A stretch of DNA of 64,000 bases from Basidiobolus meristosporus CBS 931.73 (GCA_002104905.1 MCFE01000091.1:112313-176312), one strand, 5' to 3'; positions 38,316 through 51,147 are shown, counted from the first letter of the stretch. Program-made: numbers and translations. The notes: generated from the letters alone by a model not told the origin.

Positions 38316-39238
38316 ATGGCGGCCCTGTCGGATTCGATTAGGGGTCAGATCCAGTACTCCAACGGAACTCTGATCCTGTACTGTGTCGCTTCGTGTGTTT
38401 ATTTTCATACTTTCTACCGGTTGAATCGAACCATCTCCCGCACATGCAGAAAGCCGGAGCTGGCTCTTTGCGGTCTAGCCAGCCTGGTGGGCCTGTTGTC
38501 AAGTATCTACATGCTTGTTTACTACTTCGTATACGACACCTCCTGCGTGCTTAGAAACCTGATCACCAGTATTGCCAATGGGCTGCTCTGTACTCTATTC
38601 CAAGTGGCTACCGCCATCTGGGTCTATCGCAACTTGAAGTGCAAAGTGATTCTGGCGTTCGTCGTCATCCTAATATTGGTTAGGACTGCCCCGCTGACGC
38701 TTGGTCTAGTGAGCGCCATCCAATATTCCCGAATTGTTGGGCTGTGTACACTCAGTGGACCACAGTTGCTGTATCAGTCAGCCGTGTTCGATATCACCAG
38801 CAACATCATATTTATCATGTCACTAAACTACTGCTTGTTCTACCAGTATCTGCCATTCAAACCCAAAACGACCCCCCTTTCTGATATGTCTGTGGAGGAT
38901 ATCACCAGGTATCAGCATTACTCTTCAGCAAGGATGCGGGCAGCATTGGGGCTTTTCATACAATGCTTCATACTAGCAGCAATCGTCACCGATACATCAC
39001 TGTACCCAGAGAGTAGCATGGCCATCACCAGCTTCCATTTCAGTTGTAAGTATGGGTTGGCAGAGCTAGATCTAAATGAGCCCACATCTAATGCCCACTT
39101 GGATTCGTAGTGTGTATCGCCTGCAAGCTGATCACCGACATTTTGTATCGGGTGCTCCCCCCGTTTGATGGCCCCAACCTGGATTCACCAGATGAGCCTG
39201 CGGGCTTCATCGTCACCGACGAATCAGTGAGGAAATAG
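38316..39238 (+). CDS. Multi-pass (about 7 TM) orphan membrane protein, GPCR-like topology; one 3' intron
   Basis: ORF 38256-39110 with regularly spaced hydrophobic helices; GTAAG..TAG intron near 39046-39110 continues to ..SVRK-TAG. Confidence 0.65.
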
Positions 39239-39340
39239 GATAGATCGAGATCAACTAGCCCAGCCGAAAATGGACTGCTGAGCTGCCTCAGCCTTGGTCG
39301 ACTTCTATAAAAGAGAAAGCCACGGGAATCCTCCATCAAA

Positions 39341-40004
39341 ATGGTGCCGAGCCGTCAGACATGTTGTGGATGTATCAATCTCCGCGTAGGTAGTTTGCTG
39401 CTAACGATCTTCCAGATGGTAAGGGTGTTTGTTACTACGGGTGCCTGAGATATCTGCTGATGTGTTGACCCAGCTGCTGGGAATCATTGGATGCGGCCTT
39501 TCCATATGGATCCTCTTAGAGACCTCCAGGAGGTCACCTGGCTCCAGGGATCTGCTGTGGGCGGGTCCATTTGTCTTGTTGATCGCGTCAGCCATCGTGT
39601 TCACGGTTGGGATGATTGGAGTCATCGGAATAGCCAAGGTAAGACCGATGCGATTCCACATGCCGTTTTCATTGGAGCGACAGTGTACTGAATCATCATG
39701 CAGAGTAAAAGCACCGTCCTCTTGGTCTACCTGATCTTCAATACGCTTTCCGTGATGTGCTCCGTCGGCGCAGTGGTCCTGGCCTTCAAGAATGGAGACG
39801 TGCCGGGCGGGGTGCAGTCCGTCCTTGTGGTAAGCAGCAACATCCCTCTTTCCAACCTCCCTCGTGCCAATCTTCGCTTTGATCTAGGCTTTATTGCAGG
39901 TTTACTTCTTTTTCGTGATTCTCCGCTATCGAAGGGAGGTGAAGGCATTCAAACGGGCACACAACATGGTTCAGTTCCGACGAATCGAGAGTCCCGTCGT
40001 GTGA
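39341..40004 (+). CDS. Small four-TM protein (CCGC.NLR.G N-terminus), likely paralogue of 30662-31365, 4 exons
   Basis: MVPSRQTCCGCINLRVGSLLLTIFQM plus three GT..AG introns give an open frame ending ..ESPVV-TGA. Confidence 0.75.
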
Positions 40005-40100
40005 ATTAGGTCTATACGTGTAGATACATGCAGTTGATACAAATAAATAAGCTGGGTTATGATTACATGGGAGCCAAAATCCATTCCTGATGGCGCGAGA

Positions 40101-41060
40101 TTAGCTGTAGATTGGTGGGCAATCAGCAGGCAATGAGATGTATGGTGGGAGAACGTCCGAGTCCTTGTGGGTTAGATGGATCTGATTCCTTATCAAGATG
40201 TATTTCTTCACTCCGGAGGAGCTTAGCATGCAAATTTGCACCTCGATCGAGTGCGAGACGCTCAGGTAGTCGCTCTTGGAATCTGGTTGGATGCCGGAGT
40301 CGACCGGGATTTTTAGGGTGTTTTGATGACGATTGGGGTTACGTCGTCTCAGGTCTTCATATCGGATGGTGTCGACCAACGGGCGTTTACTGGACTTGAT
40401 TGTCCCATGTTTGGTGTGGTACTTGGACACCTCAACTATGCAGGCTTGAATAGACTCGATCCTGGATTTGGTGTTTAGCAGTTTGGTCCCGATCTTCAGG
40501 GGCACTTCCTGGCCAGGCTGGTACGAGTTGGAGCTCGAGTAGATGGTGAATCCCAATTCACCTTGAATCTCCCCAAGCTTTAGTAGCTCTTGAGAATCCA
40601 TCTCGTTAGCGTCCAAGGACTGGATCCGTTGCACTTGGATCTCTCGCTCGGCTTTTAAATCAGTCTGGAAAGGAAAGCCCTCCTTCGTCGCCACCGCTTT
40701 GAGCATGTACTTTATCGAGCCGTTGCGAGAGTGGATCGTCTCTGGTTGATCGCCCATCAAGGAGAACTCGAATTGATAAATGTAGGTACCGCTTGAGAAT
40801 GCCTTCTTCGTCTCCGTTTCATTCAAAACCTGGGTCTGCTGGTGCAGGAAGGTCTCGGAACTCTCGCCTGGAATCGAGGCAACCCCTTGGAAACTAATCT
40901 CAAGCGAGGAGAATTTGCTGGTGTTACGTAGGCTCAACGTGACATAACCACGAAGTATGTGTCCCGAGGCGGTGTCTCTGTCGCCTCTGAGAACTACCGC
41001 CTCATTGTATAGGTGAATGTGTAAGTTGTTACCGAACCACATAGTTTGGTCTTTAGTCAT
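40101..41060 (-). CDS. Alpha-arrestin-like protein, intronless
   Basis: ..ILRGYVTLSL, YQFEFSLMGDQPET..GSIKYMLKA arrestin-N motifs; C-terminal PY motifs LPPY and PPIY. Confidence 0.85.
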   Translation of the reverse strand: MTKDQTMWFGNNLHIHLYNEAVVLRGDRDTASGHILRGYVTLSLRNTSKFSSLEISFQGVASIPGESSETFLHQQTQVLNETETKKAFSSGTYIYQFEFSLMGDQPETIHSRNGSIKYMLKAVATKEGFPFQTDLKAEREIQVQRIQSLDANEMDSQELLKLGEIQGELGFTIYSSSNSYQPGQEVPLKIGTKLLNTKSRIESIQACIVEVSKYHTKHGTIKSSKRPLVDTIRYEDLRRRNPNRHQNTLKIPVDSGIQPDSKSDYLSVSHSIEVQICMLSSSGVKKYILIRNQIHLTHKDSDVLPPYISLPADCPPIYS

Positions 41061-41593
41061 AGCGCAGCCGGGCCATTTTATAGCAACCCAATTGTTGTAT
41101 GACGCTTTCCAACATGCGGTGAGGGATCTATTCATTTCTGGCCCATCCAATCAGACACATCCGAAGCCAAGCGATGATTCCACATAAACACTGAATGATA
41201 CCGAACGCTCACTTGAGCTTCGAAACTGGAACCTAATTTGGATCCCATCCAATGGCTGCGAGTGTGTCTCAACAACTATCATAGCCGATTGTCTGATTAT
41301 CCTTAGACCAGACTACTTGATTATCCTTAAACCCTACCTATCCAGCAAAACGCTACCAAATCTTTATGCAAGCGCGTCCTTCTAGAATGAACGGAAAGCC
41401 AAGCGTTCATGCAGCCCCATTCTTCCGGAACGAAGGCCAAGTGTTCATGCAACGGGGTTTTTTTTGGAAGGACAAGCGGTGACTGCCTTTTTTAAGTACA
41501 ATCCTAGCATCCAGTCATATGAGGGCTGAATGGGTTTTAATTGACTAATTTGTACATTGGTTCCGAGCGTATTTACATGGTTGCAGATGAGGA

Positions 41594-42574
41594 TTAAAAA
41601 TAGTACAATGGTTGATGGGATGTGCTGGAATAGCAGGGTGGCTCGATTAGCGCAGAGTCATAAGAGGGGAGCCGCTCATCGGATGTGGCGTCCAGGCTGG
41701 ATGTGAACTTGATGGGGGCTTTTATGAGGATGAATTTTTTCACATTGTCGACATCGGACATGCTGATGGTAATCTCCAGACTGTGTGTCACCTGGATGAA
41801 GTCATTATCGCAGTCGGGTTGGATGGTGTGCGATTTGGTCGACGTTTTCAGGACCATGGGTTCAACCCACATCCCGTTTTCAGTGGAATTCCAGCTGTGT
41901 GTGCAGTCAGTAACCTGATGCTTGTTGGGTTTGACCCATTCATCATTGAACTTACACCGGATGCTCTCCGATATACCAACTTGCACGCGGTTGATGCGGG
42001 CTCCCTCGGCAAGCGTCTTGATTCCAACGTTCAAAGGCACTTCGGACCCGCTTTTGTAGGTGGTTGATGGGGAGTGAAGGCAGAAGGCTATCTGCTTTGG
42101 AATTTCCCCTAGTTTGAGTAGCTCCTGGGCTTCGGAGTTGTCGGAGTCGAGAGAATTTGTTCGTCTAACAACCAACTCCTTTTCGGCTTTGAAGTCGCCC
42201 CATATGCTGGCTCTTTTGGCGACAGCAGTTAAGCAGTACCGCACCCCGGCCCCTTTGTATGACTCGACGGATTCTGGCAAATTCCCTGGTAAGGGAAACT
42301 CGAAATGGTACTTGTACAGTCCAGGATAAAAGTTCTTGCATTTGTCGATGTCTTCCAGAAATTGAATTCGGTGCTTCAAGAAGGTGTTTTGACAGGCGTT
42401 GCCAATCAATGAGTATCCAGCCATGGTAAGTTCAATTGAGGCAATGCTGCATAGGGAGTGCAAATCAAGTGACACGTATCCGCGAAGGATATGGCCCGAT
42501 GAGGAGCTTGTGGAGCCGTGGAAAATCACCACGTTGTTATCAAGATGAATGTTCATTGAGTTGGTGGACCACAT
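41594..42574 (-). CDS. Alpha-arrestin-like protein, tandem paralogue, intronless
   Basis: HILRGYVSL, YHFEFPLPGNLPESV..VRYCLTA; LPSY and PPCY motifs. Confidence 0.87.
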   Translation of the reverse strand: MWSTNSMNIHLDNNVVIFHGSTSSSSGHILRGYVSLDLHSLCSIASIELTMAGYSLIGNACQNTFLKHRIQFLEDIDKCKNFYPGLYKYHFEFPLPGNLPESVESYKGAGVRYCLTAVAKRASIWGDFKAEKELVVRRTNSLDSDNSEAQELLKLGEIPKQIAFCLHSPSTTYKSGSEVPLNVGIKTLAEGARINRVQVGISESIRCKFNDEWVKPNKHQVTDCTHSWNSTENGMWVEPMVLKTSTKSHTIQPDCDNDFIQVTHSLEITISMSDVDNVKKFILIKAPIKFTSSLDATSDERLPSYDSALIEPPCYSSTSHQPLYYF

Positions 42575-43227
42575 ATTCTTGGATTGGCAGACTAACTGAG
42601 CAAACCTGGCTTTTATAGTGCACTAGCGTGTATGCAAGTGATGGTTCGATTTCTCTGCGGTTTCATTCCATTTTCACCTTTGCTTTGGTAGCCGCTGCTG
42701 ATATTCTTACAAAACCTTCCATCAGGACCGAGACATATTGGAATGCCTGATCCGGATCCGTAGGAATCCAATTTACCGTCATTGAGATCTGGATTCAATA
42801 TACTGTTTCACCTGATCTTATGCAGAAATCGAAGTGGTTTCCAGCTTTACAGTTGCCCAATAAGGTTTGGTCTGATTCCACTAGATTCACCGAATCATAC
42901 ACTGTTAGTTATTTTCAGGGATTCGGGCGCAGAGGATGAACAATAGATGGAACAGAGCCAATCACCGGGGCAGTCGACGACCAACACTGACCGGGTGTGG
43001 TGAAGAGCCAAGATCAAGTTCCAAGAGCAGTGAGTCTAAACTCACACATCTGTCACTCACTGCCGTCTATGGGAATATGAAGATTTAAGCAGGACTCTGA
43101 TGTGTTTATTGTTCATGATCATTAGATAACTAGGGAGCAAGGCTCAGTGTGTATACTATTACTATATTAGAAAGTAACCTGATGGGTATATATACATTAC
43201 ATGCTTAGAAATCAACTAGATAGATCA

Positions 43228-45055
43228 TCACCTTCCTTCGTTTATCTTTTCATACAACGAGAGGCAGGCAGTGTATGTGCCAAAGCCACAGCTCATAAAT
43301 CCAATCAGGACAACGACTGTTTCCCAGGCCTTCCTCGAGAGGGCTGTTGGGCCGCCGAACAAATGATTATTAAAGACGATGGGAATCACCTTGGTGGGGA
43401 GGGGCAAGTGCCAATTAGTACACGCAACCACTGAACAGGCACAACCAATAATACTCACAAAGATCAACATCGAATTGGAGACCGCCCCCAGAAGAGTTAC
43501 GACCTCAGCAAAATAAGGGAGGTTGATGGCAACAAATGCTGAAGAGCCGAGCATGAGGCTTCGGAATGCGACTCTAGATAAGAGCTCTCTCCCACAAGAC
43601 ATGTGGATACGGTCAATCTTCATTGCATGCTCTGCCTGTGATCAATAGGGGGAAATTAGTGTGACGCCAAGAGATCAATCACCACACTTAATACAATCCA
43701 TACTTCCAAGGAGAGGGAGGCAAGTAGAATGGGATTTGTTAGTAGCACATGGGCAGTGATCACTACGATGGCGAAGTTTAAGCACAAGCCTACCAATAGA
43801 ATGAAGGTCAATGGATCCATCAATCCTGATGTCAACTGATGGCTGGGTTAGTTTACCTGAAGGTAAGGTTTTCAATATAGGGGATTCGACCGTATCACCA
43901 TACACATAATAGCCAACGAATGCGGTTACGAAATACATGGCAAAGACGGTGAGCAACGCATTCCTCAAGACCTTTGGCCAATCCTTTCTTTTTCCCATGC
44001 CGTGTTCCACATGGGGGAACACGCTATTCCCACCAAACGAGAACCCGATCGAGGCCAAGACAGAAGGGAACGCCATCCAATTCACGTATTCATGGTTCGC
44101 ATCTGAGTAGTGTGGAAGGTCCATCATCCCGGTTACCAGGACAATAAATACCATGATCAGGGTGGAAAAGGCTCCAAAGAAACTAGAGGACCATGGGCTG
44201 GGATTAGGGATGGCTTCTACAGTGGGTTGAGGCTACCATGTTACCTTAATATCGCCACTTCCTTCAAGGTTTTCATAAATACAAACGGAGGCCAGATCAA
44301 CATGGTGCACAGAATAATCCTACATAGCAGTATCAGTGTCTCCAACGATACTATGAAGTAGGCCATCAAACAAGCCTACCAATGGGTTCCAGTGATGCTG
44401 GGCAAGGTTTCGTGAAAGAGTTGACGGAAATTGGATGAGGCGAGGATGAAAAACAAAGCCGAGGAGCCAAACAACATGGTCCCCGTAAAGAAATTCACCA
44501 AAGCACGGCCAACGTTTCCATAAGTTATCTGGCCAACTTCGGCGAGATTGTTCAAACGTTTCCTAAGGTGGAAGTCCTAGTGAGTACACTCCTAACGGGA
44601 TGCTTTCAAGCCACTAACCCATCAACATAGAGGCATTTGATCAATAAAACCCCGCTGTAGTATGCGATATAGGAACACAAGGCAATGCTCCCCAATCCAA
44701 TCCATCCGCCTTGTCTCAAGCAGAATGGAAGCTGGAGGTAGTGACATGTTAAGAATAATCACCAACAATAAAGAAGCGACTGTACTCATATGACGAAAAG
44801 GATATCACACCCGAACCAGCCATTATGCACCTGTTGGATGGATTCACTCAATACAGAGAATAGCTGGTATCGTTAAAGTGAACATACTTACACTAGATTA
44901 AAGTAAGCACCCCAGTTAGATCCATGAGGAGTTTCGTCGTATACTTCAGGTTCCTCGTCGGTTTTGCCTTCCCAGCTCACACTTTTATACTTCGTGGTAG
45001 CGGGGCCTGATATTAGGGGTTGTTTATCCAGAGGTTTTATACTAGGCCAAGTCAT
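43228..45055 (-). CDS. Amino-acid/auxin permease (Aa_trans, AVT1-like), multi-exon
   Basis: NWGAYFNLV..MAGSG, GGW..YSGVLLIKCL, SIGFSFGGNSVFPHVEHGM, PYFAEVVTLLGAVS motifs. Confidence 0.85.
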
Positions 45056-45689
45056 ATTGAATGAGATTTACAGAAGGCAAACGTCTAGCAAGGGGTTGTT
45101 GAGGGATAGTACAAAAAGTGAACCGAACCAGAGGTTCTTATACAGCAATGACTTGATCAAATAGGACGACCATGTTCTCTGAATGACCAAATCTGCAACG
45201 GAAAGCACCATATGTGGTGGCATAATATGGAAGCTACTCTATTTGCCAACTTCAAATTTATCCGACCCAGTATTTTTATGGATGATGGCGAAACATGCTG
45301 TTAGGTACATTGAGGTTTGGCATGTATTGAACGTAACGCATGATCGTAGATTCATATTAGTCAACGTAATGAGCCATCTGACCTATGCAACACCCTCGAC
45401 CCGTATGGCCATTGATTTATTTACTCACGAGGTGGCAACTGCTTTAAACTAATTAAGTAACCGGCTCTGGCCATTTATGGTTCAAGACCAATATGGCCAC
45501 AGGTGAGACACTACATTGTAATTTGTTTGCCTTTTCTTCTCAATTGAACCAAGCCAGTTGCCCAGCTGGTAAACTTAATGAAGTTGGGTAGCATCGCTGA
45601 CATGGTGATGATTGGTGATGAAACCTATCAATCAATTTATTCGTTACGAGTTTGTTGATTGTTGGAGGCAATTCATCTCTTTAGTAGCA

Positions 45690-47442
45690 GCTGTGTATCT
45701 CGTCCCGATTGTGGCTCTCACCAAGAGTCAAGATGAGGAAAAATACTCCAAACAATTGGAACCCTGCCAATCGGTAGGCTATCATATTGGTGACGTAGCC
45801 TGCGACCGTGGAGGTCAGTGTTGATGCTAACAAGAGCGCGGTGAGCATCAAAAGTAGCCAGCCGGGAATCGTGGCAAAGGCTAGGAGTGTGAGCTAGAGT
45901 ATGGGAATTAATTGTCAGCACATGGTGCAGTATTTAACGAACCGAGAGAACCCTACCCTGCGTATGCAGAGCTTTGATCTATCAGATAGTTGCATTATCT
46001 TGAGATTCTTCAGGAAGTAGCAGCCGTAGTAGCAGAGCAGTATAGCATTCAGTAGAAACAGTACCGGTACTTCATTGGTCATCAGTAGCACTCCTATTTT
46101 GTAGAGCGAGTTTACGCGACCGCACACCCCGGCAACCATAAGAGTAATCACCACGGTGAAGTTGATCATGGAGAAGTACAACATGAGGTAGAGGAGTTGA
46201 AGATTTCTCGGCCGGTGATACATACTCAAGACAACTTGACCCCTGAGAATCAGAATTAGCCATTTTGGCAGTCAGAGAGAATCATTTTCCCTTCATGCCC
46301 TACCAGGAAAGTAGTATTCCTCCATACGCCAATATCCAACTAGCCAAGAGAAGTAGATTGAAATTTGGCCGAGCACCCCATTCACCTTGTTCGTGTCCAC
46401 ACATACTCCTACTTTGTGTTGGAGAGAATGTTAGTCTTGTGATGACTTGATGGGAGGGGGCGAATGAAAGACCCCTACTCAGTAAATAGATGAATGATGC
46501 ACCATAGATCCCGACCCGGAGATCCAGTATGATTCGGTGCGTACTATAGAAGCAGTATAGACGGTACACGATATATGCTAGAAATAATATGGACTGGTGC
46601 CACGTTAGATGATGGTTGCGAATAGCACTTGTATGCTTCAGTAGCTTACTATTGCAAAGTATGTCCATCTCATGACGGCAAACCCAACCGATTTCAGCAG
46701 CTGGTTCCAAGGGCCAGGGTCTAAAGATTCTGGTCAGCACGGGGTGGTCACATCACGGACCATTCTTGAGTCATACCTTCCCATATCTGGATGCTGAGCG
46801 GCTTATTGGCCGAGTCTATGAGGTTTCCAAGGATCAGTCCATGGATCTTTGGCTACCAGGGCAAGATACACTCCGTCAGGCTTGCTCTTTGGGTAGTTCC
46901 CATAGCTCTCGTGGTACAAGTTGCCAATGGTATAGCTGCTGTCCAGGGCCGTGGTGAACAAGGTCACCTTTAGTGAGGGGTAGCTCAGGCCTTGCATTAG
47001 CTTAGCGTAGCCATTCAGTTGCTTCACAACCTATACATCGAGATCTGCTCGTTAGTGATTGGGACAGGTGCACTCAGACGATGTCAATCATCAGATCTCA
47101 TGCCTCAGCAAACTCGTAGCACCCTTTCTTGGAGGCGTCTTCCCAGTTGATCAATATGACGGAGCTGCTGGCATCAGGGAGGGTAGGCTGAGAGTTGTTT
47201 CGCAAAGGGACGGGAGTCAATTGGCAATTACTGGAGAGCTCAGCTCTTAGGAGAATTGCCGAGTAGTTGTAGAAGCCAGGAGAATCCTCGTAGAAGTCAT
47301 AGGAAGGGTAGTTGAGTGGGAGATCGGGAGTCATGGTAAGCTGGTTGGCATATTGGCTCAGCTGAATAGTGGCAGTAACAGGAGATAACCAACAAAGAAT
47401 AAAAGAGGGTATTCGGGCCAACCAATGGTATACCTTATTCAT
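45690..47442 (-). pseudogene. Copy 1 of a duplicated receptor-like gene (signal peptide, ectodomain, DPGPWN, multi-TM); 1-bp frameshift
   Basis: Direct repeat of 47.9-49.6 kb at an offset of about 2.24 kb; extra A at 46845 (atggAtcttt vs atggtcttt) shifts the frame to a stop at 46803-46805. Confidence 0.6.
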
Positions 47443-47874
47443 GTAAACTAGTGTAAGTAGATAGAGCAGAAAAAGCTAGAGACCACAGTGCATTACTTAT
47501 ACCGAAGAAAAATGGCATGTCTAGATATCTGTCTGAAACACTATAGCATTGGATAGGACCAAACTGGCTGAGCTTCATACCACAAAGAGTATCTTAAACA
47601 ATAAGAAGTGTGAGGATCAGCATCTTTTAGCTTCTTCAGCTGGATACGAGAGAGTGAACAGGATGTCAGTATTTCAGAGAGTGAACAGGATGTCAGTATT
47701 TCCATTGTACATTTATTACTTCAACAAAATCCGGATTATGCTTGTTACTTGATTAATTGGATATAGGGAGTGTGTTGGCCTGCTAGCATAGTCGCAGTAA
47801 TATAAACAGGATATGAAATGGGGGTGAAGATATGGATCACAAAATAAGATTTACACGTCTGGGTGTAGAAGCTC

Positions 47875-49738
47875 CTACACTTTTAAACCGTTCTCCTGCA
47901 CTTCCTGGTGGCTCGAAGAGCTGTCGTTTGGGAGCTTTTGCATTTCCGCCTCTTGGTGGTTTTCCCCAAGTGTCAAGATGAGGAAAAATACACCATACAA
48001 CTGGAACCCCGCCAACTTGTAGGCTATCATGTTGGTGACGTAGCCTGCGACCGTGGAGGTCAGTGTTGATGCTAACAAGAGCGCGGTGAGCATCAAAAGT
48101 AGCCAGCCGGGAATCGTGGCAAAGGCTAGGAGTGTGAGCTGAAGTAAGGGGATCAAATATTAACAAATGGGACATCATCTGATCAACTGAAAGAACCCTA
48201 CCCGGCGTATGCAGAGCTTTGATCTATCAGATAGCTGCATTATCTTGAGATTCTTCAGGAAGTAGCAGCCGTAGTAGCAGAGCAGTATAGCATTCAGTAG
48301 AAACAGTACCGGTACTTCATTGGTCATCAGTAGCACTCCTATTTTATAGAGCGAGTTTACGCGACCGCACACCCCGGCAACCATAAGAGTAATCACCACG
48401 GTGAAGTTGATCATGGAGAAGTACAACATGAGGTAGAAGGGTCGAAGATTTCTTGGCCGGTGCTGCATATTCAATATTACTCGGCACCTGGTGACATAGA
48501 TTAGAAATTGAAACCGATAGCGCTTATTCTGGGAACATACCAGGCAAGTAACAACCCTCCATACACCCAGTAACCAACTAGCCAAGAGAAGTAGATTGAA
48601 ATTTGGCCGAGCACCCCATTCACCTTGTTCGTGTCCACACATACTCCTACTTTGTGTTGGAGAGAATGTTAGTCTTGTGATGACTTGATAGGGGGGGGAG
48701 GATGAAAGACCCCTACTCAGTAAATAGATGAATGATGCACCATAGATCCCGACCCGGAGATCCAGTATGATTCGGTGCGTACTATAGAAGCAGTATAGAC
48801 GGTACACGATATATGCTAGAAATAATATGGACTGGCGCCACGTTAGATGATGGTTGCGAATAGCACTTGTATGCTTCAGTAGCTTACTATTGCAAAGTAT
48901 GTCCATCTCATGACGGCAAACCCAACCGATTTCAGCAGCTGGTTCCAAGGGCCAGGGTCTAAAGATTCTGGTCAGCACGGGGTGGTCACATCACGACCAT
49001 TCTTGAGTCATACCTTCCCATATCTGGATGCTGAGCGGCTTATTGGCCGAGTCTATGAGGTTTCCAAGGATCAGTCCATGGTCTTTGGCTACCAGGGCAA
49101 GATACACTCCGTCAGACTTGCTCTTTGGGTAGTTCCCATAGCTCTCGTGGTACAAGTTGCCAATGGTATAGCTGCTGTCCAGGGCCGTGGTGAACAAGGC
49201 CACCTTTAGTGAGGGGTAGCTCAGGCCTTGCATTAGCTTGGCGTAGCCATTCAGTTGCTTCACAACCTATACATCGAGATCTGCTCGTTAGTGATTGGGA
49301 CAGGTGCACTCAGACGATGTCAATCATCAGATCTCATGCCTCAGCAAACTCGTAGCACCCTTTCTTGGAGGCCTCTTCCCAGTTGATCAATATGACGGAG
49401 CTGCTGGCATCAGGGAGGGTAGGCTGAGAGTTGTTTCGCAAAGGGACGGGAGTCAATTGGCAATTACTGGAGAGCTCAGCTCTTAGGAGAATTGCCGAGT
49501 AGTTGTAGAAGCCAGGAGAATCCTCGTAGAAGTCATAGGAAGGGTAGTTGAGTGGGAGATCGGGAGTCATGGTAAGCTGGTTGGCATATTGGCTCAGCTG
49601 AATGGTTGCAGTAACAGGAGATAGCCACAAAGGAGCAATGATAGTTACTCGAACTAACCAGTGGTATAGGCTATACATAGGAGGACCTTCCAAAATCTTC
49701 ATGGGAGCCAGCCAAAGCACAAAATTGAATCTTGGCAA
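47875..49738 (-). CDS. Copy 2 of the duplicated receptor-like multi-TM gene, apparently intact, multi-exon
   Basis: Hydrophobic N-terminus, about 200-aa ectodomain (SYDFY..GC), DPGPWN, then several TM helices; frame open through ..KDHGLILGNLIDSANK. Confidence 0.7.
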
Positions 49739-50175
49739 TAGCTCTGGGACTTCTATACATTACTTATACCTTCATTCGGACATCTTTATCAACTAAGGGA
49801 TGATTCATGGGGGGGGTGGCTTTCGTACCAAGGCCATGAGCACAAATATACACCAACACATTTATCGTGGTGCAAAAATCAAGTTTGAATCTTTAATATC
49901 CATGCTGGGCAACAATCATAACAATCTGGCAATAGATATTACCAAAATTTGATCCGAGGATTGAAAATCAGACTTGTTTGCCGGTTTCGTTTTCATGCAT
50001 AGCGTCATGCATCCAGATTTGAGTGAGGAATTGGTTGTTTGCTACTGACAAATGTTCGTTTCGAGTATCATTGCGATTCAGCTAGAAAGGGAGCAATGGG
50101 AATTCAATATATTGGTCTTAAGCCTTTTATTCGATGTGGGGCTTAGATATCGCCAAACCAAGTCTCCTCCGTTGG

Positions 50176-51147
50176 TCAGAACCAGTCATTACCACCTAGA
50201 TGCCACACTGATACCTGTGTTGCACCTAAGCTCTCGACCAGTTTTCGCTTTACATTCATAGACTCCCTATCATTACTGACATAAACGGTGTTCCCCACAA
50301 CCTTGATGATTTCTGCAGAGGAATTATCTCGTATTCCACCATGATATCCGTTCAAATGTTTAATTTGCTCAAGGGATAAATTCTTGATGTTGTACTGTCC
50401 GAGGCTAGCAGTATACCCATAGGATGGTAGGCCAATCACCAACCGCTCATTTTTGAATAGCTTCTTCATCATCAAGATCCAACGCTTGAGCCATGCAAGA
50501 GGGCAAGTCGGTTGGCCAGCCCCATAATCCCATTGATAGTCGTAAACCATAGGGGTGATATAGTCTACGGGAAGGTTCACAAAATCGATATATTTCCACT
50601 GGTGTGGTGAGTGTGATGATGTCCACATTGGCCCACATACTGCCAACTTTTTACTGGATTTGTGCAGCTTTGATCCAAGAACGGATATGAAGTGTTTATA
50701 ATTCGTGTAGTCAGTCTTCGTCCATAGATTGTAGCTCTCGAAATCGATGTCAATCCCGGTCAACTGATGCTCATTGACAAAATCCACTAGTATGTCCACT
50801 ATACCAGTATAGTTGGTCGCCCTTTTAGCAAAGGCATTTCGCATCCCTGTGACATGACCAGAGATTGTGACGAGCTGCTCTTTTGAATACATCTTGAGCT
50901 CAGATATGTTTTTCTCGGAAAAGGCGTTCTGTGTAGTATATAGATCGTATGGATCCTCGTCAATACGTTGTAGGCTTCCATCATCTAGCAGATTGAAATA
51001 TTGCGGGCGCAATACATCAATCTTGTGCTTCTTGTAGGTGTCTGGAGCGTTTTGTGCAGGTGCGCCATAGTAAATCCAGGCATGTAGTGCGGTAGGATTC
51101 TGGGAGTTGAATATGCTGGAATGGGCAGAATGGTAGTTAGAAAGCAT
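50176..51147 (-). CDS. Glycoside hydrolase family 18 (chitinase-like) catalytic domain; N-terminus uncertain
   Basis: GIDIDFE (DxDxE), PMVYDY, IGLPSYGY and WHLGG motifs; no intron within the domain. Confidence 0.9.
   Translation of the reverse strand: MLSNYHSAHSSIFNSQNPTALHAWIYYGAPAQNAPDTYKKHKIDVLRPQYFNLLDDGSLQRIDEDPYDLYTTQNAFSEKNISELKMYSKEQLVTISGHVTGMRNAFAKRATNYTGIVDILVDFVNEHQLTGIDIDFESYNLWTKTDYTNYKHFISVLGSKLHKSSKKLAVCGPMWTSSHSPHQWKYIDFVNLPVDYITPMVYDYQWDYGAGQPTCPLAWLKRWILMMKKLFKNERLVIGLPSYGYTASLGQYNIKNLSLEQIKHLNGYHGGIRDNSSAEIIKVVGNTVYVSNDRESMNVKRKLVESLGATQVSVWHLGGNDWF

Noticed and set aside
47650-47701. 27-bp tandem duplication (also a duplication of about 25 bp near 57070-57120)
   Set aside because: Two-copy local slippage duplications in non-coding DNA; not a CRISPR array and no further structure
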